64,000 bases of DNA from Psammoneis japonica (lineage: Eukaryota): contig QPGO01000061.1 of assembly GCA_008632985.1 (NCBI GenBank), positions 186,001 to 250,000 on the forward strand, read 5' to 3'. Position numbers and translations under genes: made by a program. This document shows, one piece after another, positions 12,566 to 26,957 of the stretch; the first letter of the stretch is position 1, and every line of letters starts with the position of its first letter. A model generated the notes under the pieces. The model was given only the letters and a program-made list of their open reading frames with translations. It was not told the DNA's origin and did no database searches.

Positions 12566-14949
12566 CATCCCAACAATTTTGTCATGTGCAACAAAAATTG
12601 TCGCACGTGCGACAAAATTGCCAAAAAACCAATTGATGCACCTGTCTTCACCAAAAGTTCATTTCATCATCCATCACTGATGTTTGTGAGACATTTGCAT
12701 GGGAGACACCCCATCACCAGCTGCATGACAATTTTGTCCAGTTCATTGCCAACAATTGAAATTTGTCTCTCTGCGCATTTTTTCTGGACAAATCATCAAC
12801 TCATTTGTGGGAGTGCTGCAGCCAGCAACAAAAAACCGTGTGTTCCAGGCTTGTTCCCGGCATGGTGCATCATGTGTGCAGGACAAGTGGCAATTGTGTG
12901 CCAGGCCTGCACACATGCAGATTTTTGAAAATTTGCCACTCTTGTGAAAACCGCAGCGCCCCAGAGCCAACAAAAGCGATGCAGAAAGCAACCCCAAGGG
13001 CATGATGTCCTGGCCAAAACTCAATGCATTTTTGCTTTGCTGTGTGAACCAAAAATGCATTGAGATTTGGGCCTCAAATGCCAGTGATTGTCCCTCATTC
13101 CTTGTCACTTTGGTTGCCATTTTTGGCCATCAAAGAAGGAAATCACAAAAAATTCAGGAAACACACCTCGCAGATCCTGCAACCATGCTTCCACATGTGA
13201 TCACAAGTCCCCCATTTTTCACCAAAATGCATTTCTTGCCGACTGACATCACACCAATGCAAAGTTCCCAATGAGACTTTGGGGGTGGCAAGCAGAGGGT
13301 CGCATTGGCTGCAGAGCTGCAACCAAAAATTGTCCCTTGCAATGAAGCACACCAAACTGTCACTTGAATTGATCACATGGCAAGTTCTTCATGCTGGCAT
13401 GTGACTGAACATGTGCTGACTCTGGCCCAGTGTGTCACAAGCTGTTTGGCATCATAAAAGCAGAGCATGACACCTGTCAATTGCTGGAACAAATTGAAAC
13501 AGCACTGACCATGGCAAGACTGTGCAAGGTCTGTTGTGCATGCTGCAGTGCTGTTGCATGCTTGCAGCTCAGAGTGGGCCTGTGCAGGTTTTCCAACGGG
13601 GTTGACTGCTCAACTGGCCACCTGGCTCTTGACGCCAAATTTTGGCAAAACAATGCAAAAAGTTGCCAAGCCAATCAGACACATGTGGTGCAGCTGCACC
13701 CAAATGGTTTGGAAACTGTTCCAGGTGGGCCCAAATTGAACAGAACGAGTCATCATGGTCATGTTGCAAGCAAAAATTGGTGGCTGTCAATTTGCAACAA
13801 TGTGTCAATGGCTGCATGAACAATTAAAAATTCTGGAATGCAATGCAGAATGCTGCTGGCACTGGGCGGGGTTGGTGCAAAAAGCAGTGCTGCGCTGCAA
13901 GCTTGCACATGCAGGGTCGGCGGGCAGGCCTTTGTGTGCAGAAGGTGCTGTCAAGCAAACCCCAGTTGAGTGGTCTGCACTTGGTCAGTGCATGGGCAAA
14001 TGGCTGCAGATGTGCATTCTTTGGGTCATGATGTTGTCTGATTGTGTGGAAACAACAGTGCAGACATGAGTGTGGTGATGACAGAAGGGTGAGAGTTTTT
14101 GCGGCACAGGTTGTGACACCACATCAGCATTTGTTTGCTTCATCAGAGCCACGGTCTGTTGTTGAGCATCCAAGTGCAACAAAATCATCATCACATGGGT
14201 GTGAAACAAAACGATGTGTGCAGCTGTTCATTGCTGTGCAGAACCACATGGGCATCAGCCATGGAAATGGTGCTGGGATTTGCATGTGCGCATCATGCAA
14301 CATCAGATTTTGTGACAAATGCAAGCTGACCATGAGAGAATTGCTGTGGCTGAAATGGCACCACACTTGCAAATCAATTGGTTCTCAACATGTGCAACAG
14401 GCGCCAAACACAGCAGCATGGGATGGCATGCCAGAGCTTGTGCTCATTCAACAAAACAGCATGGGGTGGCCTCCCAATGCCTCTTGACTGCATGGACATG
14501 GAACCACAGTGCTTGCAGAGCATTCAGCCTCCTGTCCATGCCCGTCACAAGAGTCTTTCAGTCACTGTGACTCAATTGTCTTCACAACATGGGAGACATG
14601 GCAGCAGCAGCAGCTCAAGCTCCAGCAGCATCAGCGCCAGCAGTGACATTGGAAAACACTGCAGTTTTTGAAGGTGACGGATGCAGAAGACATGGCAAAC
14701 AGAGTTGGTCATCACACTGACCAGGATGAGAGAGCAACACACTTGCTGCTGTCCAAATTAAGAACTTGCAAGCTTTGGTCCATTGGCTTCATGACCGTCA
14801 GAAGCATGACCTTGCATTGGATGCAGCACTGTTTTTGATCAGGCAGCACCAGCTCATGCTCACCAGAAGAAGTGCATTGAAAAAGACATGATTGAAGCTG
14901 AAGTGTTGTCAGCTCCACACTGATGTTTGAGTCAGAGGATTTTGACAGG

Positions 14950-17230
14950 ATGGAGGATGATGCGTTTTTGAACCTCTTGTCACACAGAAGGTTGGGGCAT
15001 TGAAAGAGCCATTGCATTGTGTGGCAAGGGCAGTGGCAGCACAGGCACATTTCTCAACACTGTCAAAGAGTGCATGTGTCAATTGAGTTTGAATTTGATG
15101 GCATTCAACCAGGACAATTGTGCTGTGCATCGTTTGTTGAAAGCTCACCTGGTCAGTGTGAAAGCGGTGAAAGAGATTGGGAGAGATGCCTTCTGGGCAT
15201 GAGCAGACCATTGCAGTGGACAGGGGGAGCTTGGCAAGTGTGCTCAGTTGGCACTGGCAAACATCAGGTCATTGCATCATAAGAACAAGCATTGTTTGTC
15301 ATTTGAATGGCACATGGCAAAGCTCACCAGTGCATTTGCAACCTTGGCAAAGGATGAGGACCAGTGTGAGACAGAGAGGAGAAAGCTCAGATTCTCCAGA
15401 GAGGGATTGCAGCCAACAGTGTTCTGCTGCAGGCTTGTGTTCCTGCAGTCAGTCAGCAGCATCCTTGTGACTTTCCTGGCATGTGTGAATTCTTTTCTGC
15501 CAAAGTTTCTTGTGTTTGCATGGTGCATGTCAGTTGGAGGCCCAGTGTTGTTCAAAGCACCAGACATTAGAAACATCCTGCGATGGAGGCCCAGACAAGG
15601 GCTTCAATTGTGGTGGCAGTTGAGGCCCCCAAGGAGGTGTTGGCAGAGGACATGGGCCTGGAGGCCATGGCAGGAGATGATTTGGTGGCAGAGGTGCAGG
15701 TGCAATGATTGACGGTGTGGATGTGGCGAATCCCACTTGCACCTTTCCCCCACATGAATGGCAGCAACTGTGAGGTTTGATGGTGGCCAAGTGCATGTCA
15801 TGCAAGCCCATGAGTGCATGGCCATGCAACAACAGCAGGAAAAACAACCAACTGATTCTGCAAGTGCAGGTTGTGGATGCAGACATGAGAATGAGAAAAG
15901 GGGCAGACACGGAGCAGATTTTGGTCGTGGTGCTCACACATGCACCTGACGGCATGGGGCAACAACCGCTTCAGCTTTGCTTGCATGTCATGTGAGCATC
16001 ATTGCATTGTCTCTGCTGTTGCCACTCATGCTGTCTAAACCCCACCCAAACAATGTCACAAAGAGTTTCCAAGGATCAAGGCAACCTCCAAAAGATTGGT
16101 GTGGTCAGCGAATGCCCAAGGACAATTTCAAGCAATGCAGTTCCCGGTCATGTGTCCTGCAACAAATGCAATGCCTGTGCAGACACGTGTGTTGCAGGAG
16201 TGAACTGGAAGTTGATGGAGACCACAACAAAACATGTGAAATGAACCCATTCCTTGAATTGCATGATCCAATTAAGCAAATTTTAGTTGCGCGATGTTGT
16301 GCTCCTGTTTGGACAGATCCAGATGCAACAACTGAACATTTGTTGGTCAGTGACCAGATGTTGTGGTTTGGACAGCAAATGGAACATTCCCTCATCAATC
16401 CAAATCAGTTGCGGGCATGCAACATCTCAGTGAATGACAACCCTTACAATCCCCAAGACAGCTTTGGCATTTCAACAGAAGAAGCCTTTGTCCCTTTTCA
16501 CACCATGGGGGCAGTTGTGCATTTTGAGTCTTGAGTGCCTGCAGAATGGGAGGAATGGAATTTGCTGGTTTTTTCACTTTACAGGCAATGCTTGGAATCC
16601 ATCGGAAGTTGACATGGGTTTCCTGAACAAGACTGCAGGGCAACAGGAGATGTGGACCATCCAATCATTGACACCTCACATGTGAAAGTCACATGCATCA
16701 CAGTCAAGAGCAGAGCAAGGTGAGTCTGCGGCAGTCCAATCCGGAGAAGCAGAGGAGGCCATGGCAAGCATTCTCCAGCTCATCACCTCCAGGTGTTTTT
16801 GTGACTGTGTGATTGCATCTGCAAAGATCGTGTGCACCCAGCACAGGGAGGACATTGGCAAGTTAGAGCAGAAAGTCTTGGAACTTTGCACAAAGGATCA
16901 GCACTCAAAGATTGCAACAGACAAGCCAGCACAGAAGTGGAACATTGGCCTGGATGTGGCAAAAGACACTCTCAACGTTACGACCAAGCAAGGTGTCAGG
17001 ACAGCAACACAACCATCATCAAGGCATGTTTGTGTGTGTCATTTGGATTTGCACTGGAAGAGACTAAAAAAGGAACATGGTTTGCTGACACTCTCACTTT
17101 AAAAGTTAAGCCCATTCTTGGCAGCACTTGTGCCAATGCTTGCACTCAGGGAAAGCTTGCAAAGGTTGCCCCAATGACAGCTTGGTCAGAGGTGGTCAAG
17201 TTTGCAGACAATGTTGGAGTGCCCAAGAGG
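14950..17230 (+). mobile_element. Degenerate Ty1/copia (CoDi-like) LTR retrotransposon fragment: gag, pre-integrase region and start of integrase
   Basis: gag-like GRDAF...HCSGQGELGK...LHHKNKHCLSFE..MAKLTSAFATLAKDED at about 15.2-15.4 kb; LWFGQQMEHSLINPNQLR at about 16.4 kb; WNIGLDVAKDTLNVTTKQGVR, GTWFADTL and FADNVGVP at about 16.9-17.2 kb. Many frameshifts; TpA-depleted. Confidence 0.7.
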
Positions 17231-17659
17231 CATCTTGCCCACCACATCAGTTGGGGAATGACTTCATTTGAACAGAGTGTGTTGGTGCTGCACTGTGTGC
17301 AGCTGCCCACTGCTAAGACTGCAAGCTCTTGTGGGGCAGGGGAGGACAAGAGCTTGCATCTTCTTGTTGTGGGTCAAGAAAAGATCACCCCACCCAGCGG
17401 CACAGTCTTTTTGATGACATGCTTCAGATTTCTTCCTCTTTTGAGCACCGAACTTTGATTGTCATGGTGATGTTGATGCAATGTGTTTGAATGGACTGCC
17501 ATGCCATGCCCTCACTTTGTTGTTGGCTTTCGCGCATGTGCACGTGTGCAATGAAGGTGTGCAGGGAAGCATGCAGCCTGTTCACAACAAACAAAATGGA
17601 CTTTGCTGGTGTGGCAATCTGAGGGAAATCTCCAGCCAGCTGCATCAGAGCGTCCTGAC

Positions 17660-18900
17660 CACCCTTCTCACAGGCAATTTTCAATGCCATCACAGGCACA
17701 AATGTAAAGGTTTCATTTTGAGTGAGTTGTGTAGACCGTGACTTTTTGCTGTGTGTCATGGAATGCCATTTTTCACCATGGGAGCCCACCTCATCCTGTG
17801 GGACCCCTCCCTCAACTGTCAGAATTCCGTCCCTTTTTACCTTTTCAATGTGAAGTTCAAAACTTTTGTTCAATGACAAATTGATGCTGATCAGTGCATT
17901 TCAACGGTTCAAGGAACCTCCCAATGCAAACACTGGTTGTCAAATCAAAGCATGGATCATGCAACAACAATCGCTGAAATGCTTCATTAAACCCAATGAA
18001 TGTTTGCATTGAAACCCAACACATTGCTTGTCCGCTTTCCATTCTCACACCAGCAAAAGCCCCCGATGCCTTTTCACACCGCAGCTTGCTCACTGCCAGC
18101 ATCTACACCCGTTTCGCTTCTTGCATCACTGTCTTCATCCTCCTCCTTGCTGACCTTGTCTTCTCTGTTTATTTCCGTCACCTCTTCTTCCTCCTTCTCC
18201 TCATTGTCACTTGAAAGCTCTGTCGTTGCTTGTGTTCTTGCCTCCTTCCCCACTGGCTTTTTCTTTCTTTTTGATCCCTTGCCTCTTTCGTCACTCTTCC
18301 TTTTCTTGCCTTCGCTGCACCATGTGTCGAGCTGCAACTGCATGCCCTCCTCACTCAACCTGTCTTCCTTCACCGATGCAAGCAGTTTGTTGAATTGCAA
18401 CATCCCTGCATCCTTCCACGAGTCGCGTTGCCTTGACGGGTCTGTGCACTTGGGTGTTGGTTCCGACTCTTCCTCATCCTCTTCGTCTGAGCCCCCCCCC
18501 CCCCCCCGCTCCAGCAGTCTTGTCATGATGTGCCTTGTGCTCCCAACTCTTCCAGCAGTTTTCCAACATCAACAGGCAGCCCCAGAGCCTTGTTGCTCAC
18601 TGCTGCCAGACCGGTTGCCTTTGTCTCACCCGACTCTACCTTCCTTCTCCATGTCACGGTGCTCTTTGTGAATTTCAGGATGTTTTTGTAGAACCAAACA
18701 TGCACTTCCTGGTTCTTGCGCTTGTCTTCCACAATCATCGTCACTGTCTCCTCCTCCCAAGTTGCCAGGAACGGCTCTTCATCTGCCGTCTGATCGTTCT
18801 TCTTCCTCTTCTTGCTTTTCTTCCCTCCTTTGCGTCTTGCTGCCGGTTTCTTCTGACCATGTGTCTCCTCGGCTTCGTTCTCTGTCAACACAACTTCAGC
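17660..18900 (-). repeat. Copy 1 of a degenerate transposon-associated ORF repeat; contains the empty site for the MITE at 25519
   Basis: Colinear with 25065-26690. Both encode WFxxNILKFTKST.TWRRKVESGETKATGLA..SNEAL.LLTLENCWKSW...PKCTDP.RQRDSWKDAGMLQFN.LL. Confidence 0.75.
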
Positions 18901-19389
18901 AAACAAGGGCGCAGCAGTGCCAAGTGCAACCACACTCAACATGCCGTGCACCACAAAACACTTGCCAGCCATTGCATTGTTCTTGATTGCCTGAGTGACC
19001 GTGCTCCTTTTTGCGTCAATCGCGTGCATGACACACTTCTTTGCCCAGTCTTCCCACGCTCCTGCCCAGTCTCACTTGCTGTAATTGCCACCGGCTGTCT
19101 TTTTCCTGATGAGCCATGACACTTTGCCACTGCTTGCCATGTCCGCCTTGACAAGGAACTTTGCCTTCAGCAACAATTCCTTCGGTGTCACCTCTTCCAC
19201 CTCTCTCTTTGTGGATAAATTGCCAAAAAGTGTGGAGCACATTGTGAGAGCACAAGGTAGATGAACAAACATGAGCCGCAACACAGACTTGCCAGTGCAT
19301 TGGTGCATCCGGCGCCACTGATTCCGGAGCAACATGGACGCCGGTGTGTGGTGCAAGACGTTTTGCTGCAATGACCAAGTTTGCCTTGC

Positions 19390-19830
19390 ACCTCCTGTGT
19401 GGCGGACAGTTCAGCTGATGAAATGTTTAGAGCATGGACCAGAAACAGTGGAGAGACTTGGGAAGCCTTTAAAAATGAACCTGACAACTCAGGCAACCTC
19501 CAATGGGTTGCCTCCCCACTCTCTGCCTCTGCAGTCTTTCTGGATCTGGAAGTAGAAATTGGAGAAGACGGGTGCAACGTAAGTGAACACATGAAAAACA
19601 AATGAAGCTCTTTTTGTGCATGCCTTTTTTGAAGAGTGTCATGCACAGCAAAGAACTTTTCATGCGTGTGATTCTGAGAGCTGCAGGAACAAGCACTGCC
19701 TGCCGCATTTCTGGACATTGATGTAGAAATTGGAGAAGACAGATGCATTGTCAGTGAACGCATTAAAAACCAATGAACCTCTTTCTGTGCATGCCTTGTT
19801 TGAAGAGGGTCATTTGTGGCAACTTGTGAT
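19390..19830 (+). pseudogene. Penelope-like reverse transcriptase fragment with an internal duplication
   Basis: ADEMFRAW...WEAFKNE.DNSGNLQW...AVFLDLEVEIGEDG and KPMNLFLCMP resemble the (Y)xDD-IF-W, FLDL and KPMNLxLY motifs of PLE RTs. 19530-19640 is duplicated at 19700-19815. Confidence 0.6.
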
Positions 19831-22800
19831 GATTCTGGATGAAAAACTCTGACATGCACTGTTGCGCCAATGCTGCAGAAACGCAAGTTTGTGATGTGCG
19901 TGCACAAAACAACATGCCAGCAGCTCAGCATTCTGGATGCAGCAGATTCGTGACAGCACACTCGCGATCATGAAACTCAAGCTGCGCCCAAATCAAAATC
20001 CATCTTGACCAACCAGAAGGACAGCAGGTTTCACCATGCGTTGAGCCACTGTCATCGATGTGTTTTCATCCCAGGTGAGAAACGCGCATGCGGAGGTGAG
20101 ATGTTTCGTCTGTCCCTTTTCCGTCGCCGTGCTTTTTGTGCGAGCAAATCTGACTGGACTTTCCCCCAATTTTTCGTTTCTTCTTTCCACAGACATGTTT
20201 TTTTTGAAAAGCCAGCCATTGTTCTCATTGGTTGAAGGGTGCGTGCAAGAAAAGCGCTGTCTCAAAAGCGGCATTTTTTGGAGTGAAACTGACAGCTGTC
20301 TGCTCGTTGTTGTCATTCTGGTGCATTTGAGAGACTGTTCCACTGTTTCTTTCACCGAATCTGACTGCTTTGAAAGAATGTGCGCATTGTTCATTGTACA
20401 AAGAGCTCACACCAAAAAAGAACGGCGTTCTAACTCTGTCATTTGCATGAGAAAAATCGGGGGAACTGACTTCGCACGTGATTTTTTTGCGCGATCGGCC
20501 ATTTCAAAGATCGACTGATTTGTCAACCTGTGTGGCATGCTTGAGTGAATAAAACAATGGGATTGAAATGGCAGCATCAAAGTTCAATGTGTGTCCAGTT
20601 GTCATGTGATTTGACATGCCTGAGCAGAGTTAAAGATGAAATGTTGACAAAATTTCACGGCTCAAAATGACCAGTTCTTTCTCAGAATAAAATGAAATGG
20701 CTGCAACACCAAGATGTCGCTAATGGCATTGTTCTGCTTTACAACAATGAAACTGTCACACTTGCATCTGAGATTCTTTGTCCTCACACACCCTCAAAAC
20801 CGACACATGACGATTCTCTTGTCGGTGGCGAAATCTGATGTTGTCGCGCGACCCAAAAGCGTCATCCCAACGACTCAAAGTGCAGACGACACATTGTGAG
20901 AATCACAGCAACATGTCATAGAAACATTCTTCATTGTCAGCATCCGGTGTCAAGCAGATGGAGCAGCGCGTTGATGAGAATCCCACTTCGCAAGCTGAGG
21001 AAGAGAGAAAGAGGCATCAAAAATGTCATGAGTCAAAAGGCCATCCACAAGGCACAACAAAAAACAAAGATCAAATTTTCAACCACACCATCGCACTGAG
21101 CGTTGTCTTGTTGACCTGTCTCGGCATTCTTGCCTTCTCAGTCACAACATCCGTTGGTGCAAGAATGGACGAGTTCACGGCGACGGCATGGTGCCATTTT
21201 CGGTTTGCGCGAATTGTGGTTTGTGGTTCGAGACATGGAAAAACACATTTTTGCTGTCATGGAGCTCGTTTTTTACCAAGATTTTTGGTGCTAAATGTGC
21301 GTCTCATGTAGAAACACGCAGAAAACCTCGTGATGTGTCCAAAAGTTTCTCACCTGGGATGAAAACACATCCATCGGCCAATGGGGCAATGTCTTTCACC
21401 GCCATGGCCAGTTGTCGATTTGCAGATTTGTGACAACACGCAGGATCCACGTGAATCACAACAGCATGCACACGCTCTCGTTTTTCAAATTTTGGGGAGA
21501 GGGTGCACTGCCATGAAGAGTGCAGAAAAATGCGCATGTGAAAACATGCTGAAAATGCCGCAGATGATTTGCATGATTTTTTTGAATTTCGCCATGCTTC
21601 ACCATGGTGAAAACAGCAAGCCACAAGTCTGTGACGAAGGTTTGCCAGCATCACACTCTCATTGATGTTGTGCTCACCGTGGTGTGTTGTGTGATCAACA
21701 TCAGGTGAGAGCATGATGCCGGCAAACCACGTTTTGGAGCTGTGCCAACATTTCCGTCATCGTCATGCTTCGATCACGGTGGCTGATGTTCTCATTTTCG
21801 TGTGCGATCGGTGTGAACATGGAACAAATTTTCAATTCAAAACAAAAGTCTGTAAAATGTGCTTGTTCAAATGCAGCGTCAATTGCAGGACAAACGAAAA
21901 ATGAAGGTGGGTCACGTGCGTCGCGTGAAGCACTGCATGTGCAGCAGGGCCCTGCCAGACTGCACACGTGCGAAGACACAAACATGTGAGTGAGGAGCAT
22001 GTGGAACACGGCGTAACTTCAGCTTGTGACAAAGGAAGGGAAGAGCGAGGAATTCTGGAGAGGAGGTCCAATTCTTCGACTCCAAAAACTGCTTTTTCAA
22101 GGCACGCGTTGCAATTGTGCTTTTGAGCTTGGGTTGGAACAATTCGAGTCCGAAACCATTGGTGAAATGTCCCATTTCATCAAAATTGCAGTCCTCGAAA
22201 ATTTGGAAAGAAGGGTCAGGGTCGACCTCGTCATTAGACGGGGTAAAGTCGTCAGACGCCATGGCCAACAGTCAGTTGCCAATTCACGTAGAATGCACAG
22301 GAATCATGACAGTGCACCCTCTCATCAAAAGCATTTTGGGGAGAGGGTGTGCTGTCATGAAATGGGTGGAGTGTTGCACATGCAGAAAAGGTGCCAAAAT
22401 GCAGGTGGGGCCCTGGGGAGCTGTTGGCTGGAAAACTGGTGGGTGCAGGTGGAAGCAATGAGCCAGCAGGCACTCATGTGGCCAACTTGGGTGCAGAAGT
22501 GATGCCGTCATCTGTGGCGACGCAAGACTGGCGGTGAAGCTGTTGAAAAGCACTGTCAAAGTCAATGTTTCCACAAACATGTGACAAATTCATCAACACA
22601 AAATGCATTGTTTGACAATGAAAGATGTGTTGAAAGTCTTTGGCAAATTTAAATCAAAATGAAACGGCAACAATTGCAGACACAAAAAGGCAATGACAAA
22701 CTCAACTTGACCATTGAACTTGAAACAGAAATTGCCAATGATGACATGCTTTTGTTGAGTTGAAATTTCCAAAGGAAAGTGAACAACACTGCATTGCGGC

Positions 22801-23047
22801 CTCTGATGTGCTGGCTGAAGAATTTTGCACAGAAATTGTGCTGAAAGAGTCTGTCAATCTGTGCATCAGGGGGTTTTGGTGAATGCTGGACAGACTCATC
22901 TTCTTTTGCGCACGCAAAAATTGCACTTGTAAACCCCCCAAATGCACAGACGAGCAGACTTTTTTCAGCCAGCAGCTGGCTGGCTGGCAGCCACACAAGT
23001 CGTTCAGTGACAGAAATTGTTCAGTGAAAATGCATGACAGACAAATC

Positions 23048-23436
23048 GACGCGTTCCAACCCTAGGTGGGAGCTCGTAGTACTGACGTGTGACACAAATA
23101 ATTTTTATTATCCGTCGTATGTTTCGTACGTAGGTTTCTACGTGTAAAAAAAATTGTCCAGACTCGCTGCTTTGCGAAGCCCCAGACGTTTTATATAACG
23201 AATTTATAGAAACAATAATGCGCCAGTTACATTCTTCAATGTCTGAAGAATGTAACTGGCTAAGTAAAAAATGATGTACTTCAATCATGGCCCAGTTTGT
23301 GCGTTCGCAAAATTGCCTCATTTTCTGTTGGTGATCATTGCCATTTTAATTACCGTATAATTTTACTATGGAGCTCGCACGTAGAATTCTACGGGCCCAA
23401 TGTCACACGGATTCCCACCTGCGTCTGGAACGCGTC
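23048..23436. mobile_element. MITE, same family, pristine copy
   Basis: Perfect 11-bp TIR and TSD AATC. A TA/CG-rich island inside a TA-free tract. Confidence 0.92.
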
Positions 23437-25064
23437 AATCATTCCTCATTTGACCCACCCAGAATTTCCACACAGATGAGAAAGACAACAACAAAAGAAA
23501 TTGAAACCAAACAAGGAAAAATTTAGTGTCGTAAGCTGCTGCATGCCAAGTGCAAGTGGATGCAACCAACACAATTTTTTCATCTGGCGGTTGACTTGTC
23601 TGGAGACTGCAGCTGCCAAAACTCATGAGCGCGCTGCACTCAATGATGACTCAATTCAGTGTCTCCTTGCTTGCGTCAACTGCACTTTTGCCATTGCCAA
23701 TGTCTCAACATGCTTCGCTGCATGTTGTTTGTGAGTGCAAGCTCTTGCATTGAAAGCGACCTTGAATGCTGTGCACAAAAATTCAAACCATGTGGGGTGC
23801 TGCCAATTGTTCAGTGAGCATCGCTGAACAATTTGCGTGGCTGCCAGCTGGAGTCTTCCCCCAGACAATGGATCTTCAACAATGATGATGAGCTCTCAAA
23901 AGATCTGCCATGCTGCGTCTTGTTTTGCTTTGCTGTTCCTTCAGTTGCCAGGGTTGCCGCTGCACAGTTGCAACCACCATGGTGAGTTGTTGCGTTTCCC
24001 TCTCTGAGTGTTGTTCTTGTCATTGCTGGTCTCACCAGCAAGAGCTCATCATCTGTTGTTGGCTTTCAACCTGCCGCATGCAAAATGCACAAACCCACTT
24101 TGAGCTTGACAAGAAAAAATGTTGCTGGAGTGACCCAGTCATTTGGCGGCTTTGACCAACTCAAATTGAATTGTTGTTCTGTTGAGAAGTCATCTTGTTT
24201 GAGAACGCACTCAACTGAGGATGAAAGCATTGGAGACGGCACTGTGTTCTCAAAAGAATTGGTCGTGGATGCTCTTGTCAAGTGTGGAGTGTCCATTGCA
24301 TCTCAGGTGGGCCTCCTTCATGGTGTGACCAAGTGATTGGATCTCGGCTTGGGAGCAGCAGATGTGTCTCTTCCATTCCCAGTGGGGTTGGTGCTCTTTT
24401 GTGGTCTTTCTCTCAAATCAAGAGTCTTCAATCCTTTTGACAACGAGCATTCCAACATCCAAAAAGCCTCTCAAAGCAAGGGATCTGCTGGATTCAAGGA
24501 TCGTGTCATGCCATCCTTTGTGCTGCCAGGTTTCATTTTTCCAATTGCTTGGATTCTTGTCAATGGTTTGTTTCAAGCCCATGCTTCTGCCCTTCTCCAC
24601 AGTGCAACTGGAGCTTTGGCAAGTCCAGCCATTCTTGCCTTTTTGTTTCACTTGTCTGTGGCAACATTTGGAGCACACAATCAATGACGCTGAACAATGA
24701 TGTGGAGTGTCAGCCACTGCAGTTCTTGCCGTTTGGGCATCAGCGGCCCATGTGGCATTCATGTGCAGCCAAGTGGATCCTCTGGTGGGCAAAGTGTTGG
24801 GAGGAACACACTTGTTTGGTTGACGCTTGTGTCATCTCTGGTGGTTGCCACCTGGCAGATTAATCCTGATGATGAAGGAAACTTGGACACACTCTGTCCT
24901 GCTCAAGGTGAGACCAAGATGGAGTTTGCATGGTTTGAGAAAAGCAAGGAAGACTGGAAACTTAAAAAAAGCTGCAAAGCAAGGTTTGATGCCAGCATGT
25001 TCTGGACATTGGCAAATTCTTTCGGTTCCAAGCACCAAATCATCATCAGAGTGTGAAATGCAGT

Positions 25065-26690
25065 GATCCTGACCACCCTTCTCACAGGCAACTTCTGACG
25101 CTGTTAAAGGCACAAATGCAAAGGTTTCATTTTGAGTGAGTTGTGTAGACCGTGATTTTTCATCACATGTCATGGCACACCATTTTTCACCATGGGACCC
25201 CTCCTTCACCTGTGGGACCCCTCCCTCAACTGTCAGAATTCCGTCCCTTTTTACCTTTTGAAAGCAATGTTCATGACGTTTTGTTCATTGACAAATTGGC
25301 GCTGATCATTGAGTTGCGCGTTGGTTTAAAGAACCTTCTGTTGCATGCACTGGTTGTCAAATGAAAGGTCAGATCATGCAACAATTGTCCCTAAAATGCT
25401 GTGTTGAACCTTGTGACTGTTCACATTGAAACCTGCTGCATTGCTTGTCCACTTTCCATTTGCACACTAACAAAAGCCTCCGCTGCCTTTTCACACCGCA
25501 GCTCGCTCATGAACTGCAGACGCGCTCCAGACGCAGGTGGGAATCCATGTGACATTGGGCCCGTAGAATTCTGCGTGCGAGCTCCGCATTAAAATTGTCA
25601 GGCAATTAAAATGTCAATGTTCGCCAACAGAAAATGAGGCAATTTTGCGAACGCACAAACTCGTCCATGATTGAAGAACATCATTTGTTGCTCAGCTGGG
25701 TGCATTCTTCAGACATTGAAGAATGTAACTGGCACGTTGTTGTTTCTATAAATTTGTCATGTAAAACGTCTGGGGCTTCGCAAAACAGCGAGTCTGGACA
25801 ATTTTTTTGAAATGTTGCACGTAGAAAAGTGCTCGCGAAACACACGACGGATGACAAAAATTTTTTGTGTCACACGTCAGCACTGCGAGCTCCCACCTGG
25901 GGCTGGAACGCGTCTGCATCTGCACTCGTTTCGCTTCCTGCATCACTGTCTTCCTCCTCCTCCTTGCTGTCCTCGTCTCCTCTGTTCTTGTCCGTTTCCT
26001 CTTCCTCCTTCTCCTCATCGTCACTTGAAAGCTCCATTGTTGCCTGGGTTCTTGCCTTCATCTCCACCGGCTTTTTCTTTCTTTTCGATCCCTTGCCTCT
26101 TTCGTCACTCTTCCTTTTCTTGCCTTTGGTGTGCCATGTGTCGAGCTGCATGCCCTCCTCACTCAACCTGTCTTTCTTTGCTTCCGCAAGCAGTTCATTG
26201 AATTGCAACATCCCTGCATCCTTCCACGAGTCTCGTTGCCTCAATGGGTCTGTGCACTTGGGTGTTGGTTCCGACTCTTCCTCATCCTCTTCGTCCGAGC
26301 CTGCCCCTGCTCCAACAGTCTTGTCATGACGTGCCTTGTGCTCCCAACTCTTCCAGCAGTTCTCCAGTGTCAACAGCGCCAGAGCCTCATTGCTCGCTGT
26401 AGCCAGACCGGTTGCCTTTGTCTCACCTGACTCAACCTTCCTTCTCCATGTCGTGGTGCTCTTCGTGAATTTCAGGATGTTTTCGCAGAACCAAGCATGT
26501 GCTTCCTTGTTTTGGCGCTTGTCCTCCACAATCATTGTCACTGTCTCCTCCCAAGTCGCCAGGAACGGCTCTTCCTCTTCCGCATGATCGTTCTTCTTCC
26601 TCTTCTTGCCCTTCTTCCCTCCTCCTCTGCCTCTTGATGCCGGCTTCTTCTGACTGCGCATCTCCTCGGCTTTGTTTTCTGTCAACACGA
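25065..26690 (-). repeat. Copy 2 of the degenerate transposon-associated ORF repeat, interrupted by a MITE
   Basis: Colinear with 17660-18900; contains ORF 25870-26688. Confidence 0.75.
25519..25914. mobile_element. MITE, same family, intermediate conversion
   Basis: TIRs gacgcgctcca / tggaacgcgtc; TSD TGCA. The paralogous site at about 18097 lacks the insertion. Confidence 0.92.
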
Positions 26691-26957
26691 CTCCAGCAAA
26701 TTAAGGTGCAGCAGTGTCAAGTACAACTGCACTTTACAACAACAGTGCAAGCAGCACGAGCACAATGACAACCGCCGCCATTGGGGTCGATCTCTTTGTC
26801 AGAATGTCGTTCTGCGACGCACTGTACCGGTGGTGCGTGGAAGCAACAACAAGCAACTTTCATTCGTGAACCGCGACCAGAAAGCGCGACCGAGCGAGCG
26901 AGCGAACCCGTCCACCACGCACAACATGCGTGTGCCATAGCTGCGCGCAGCAATTAT

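Noticed and set aside
7330..26700. Hundreds of overlapping 60-270 aa ORFs rich in Cys, His, Gln and Met in all six frames
   Set aside because: They are a by-product of TA loss, which removes TAA/TAG stops and enriches TG/CA codons. They are not genes except where TE motifs are recognisable.
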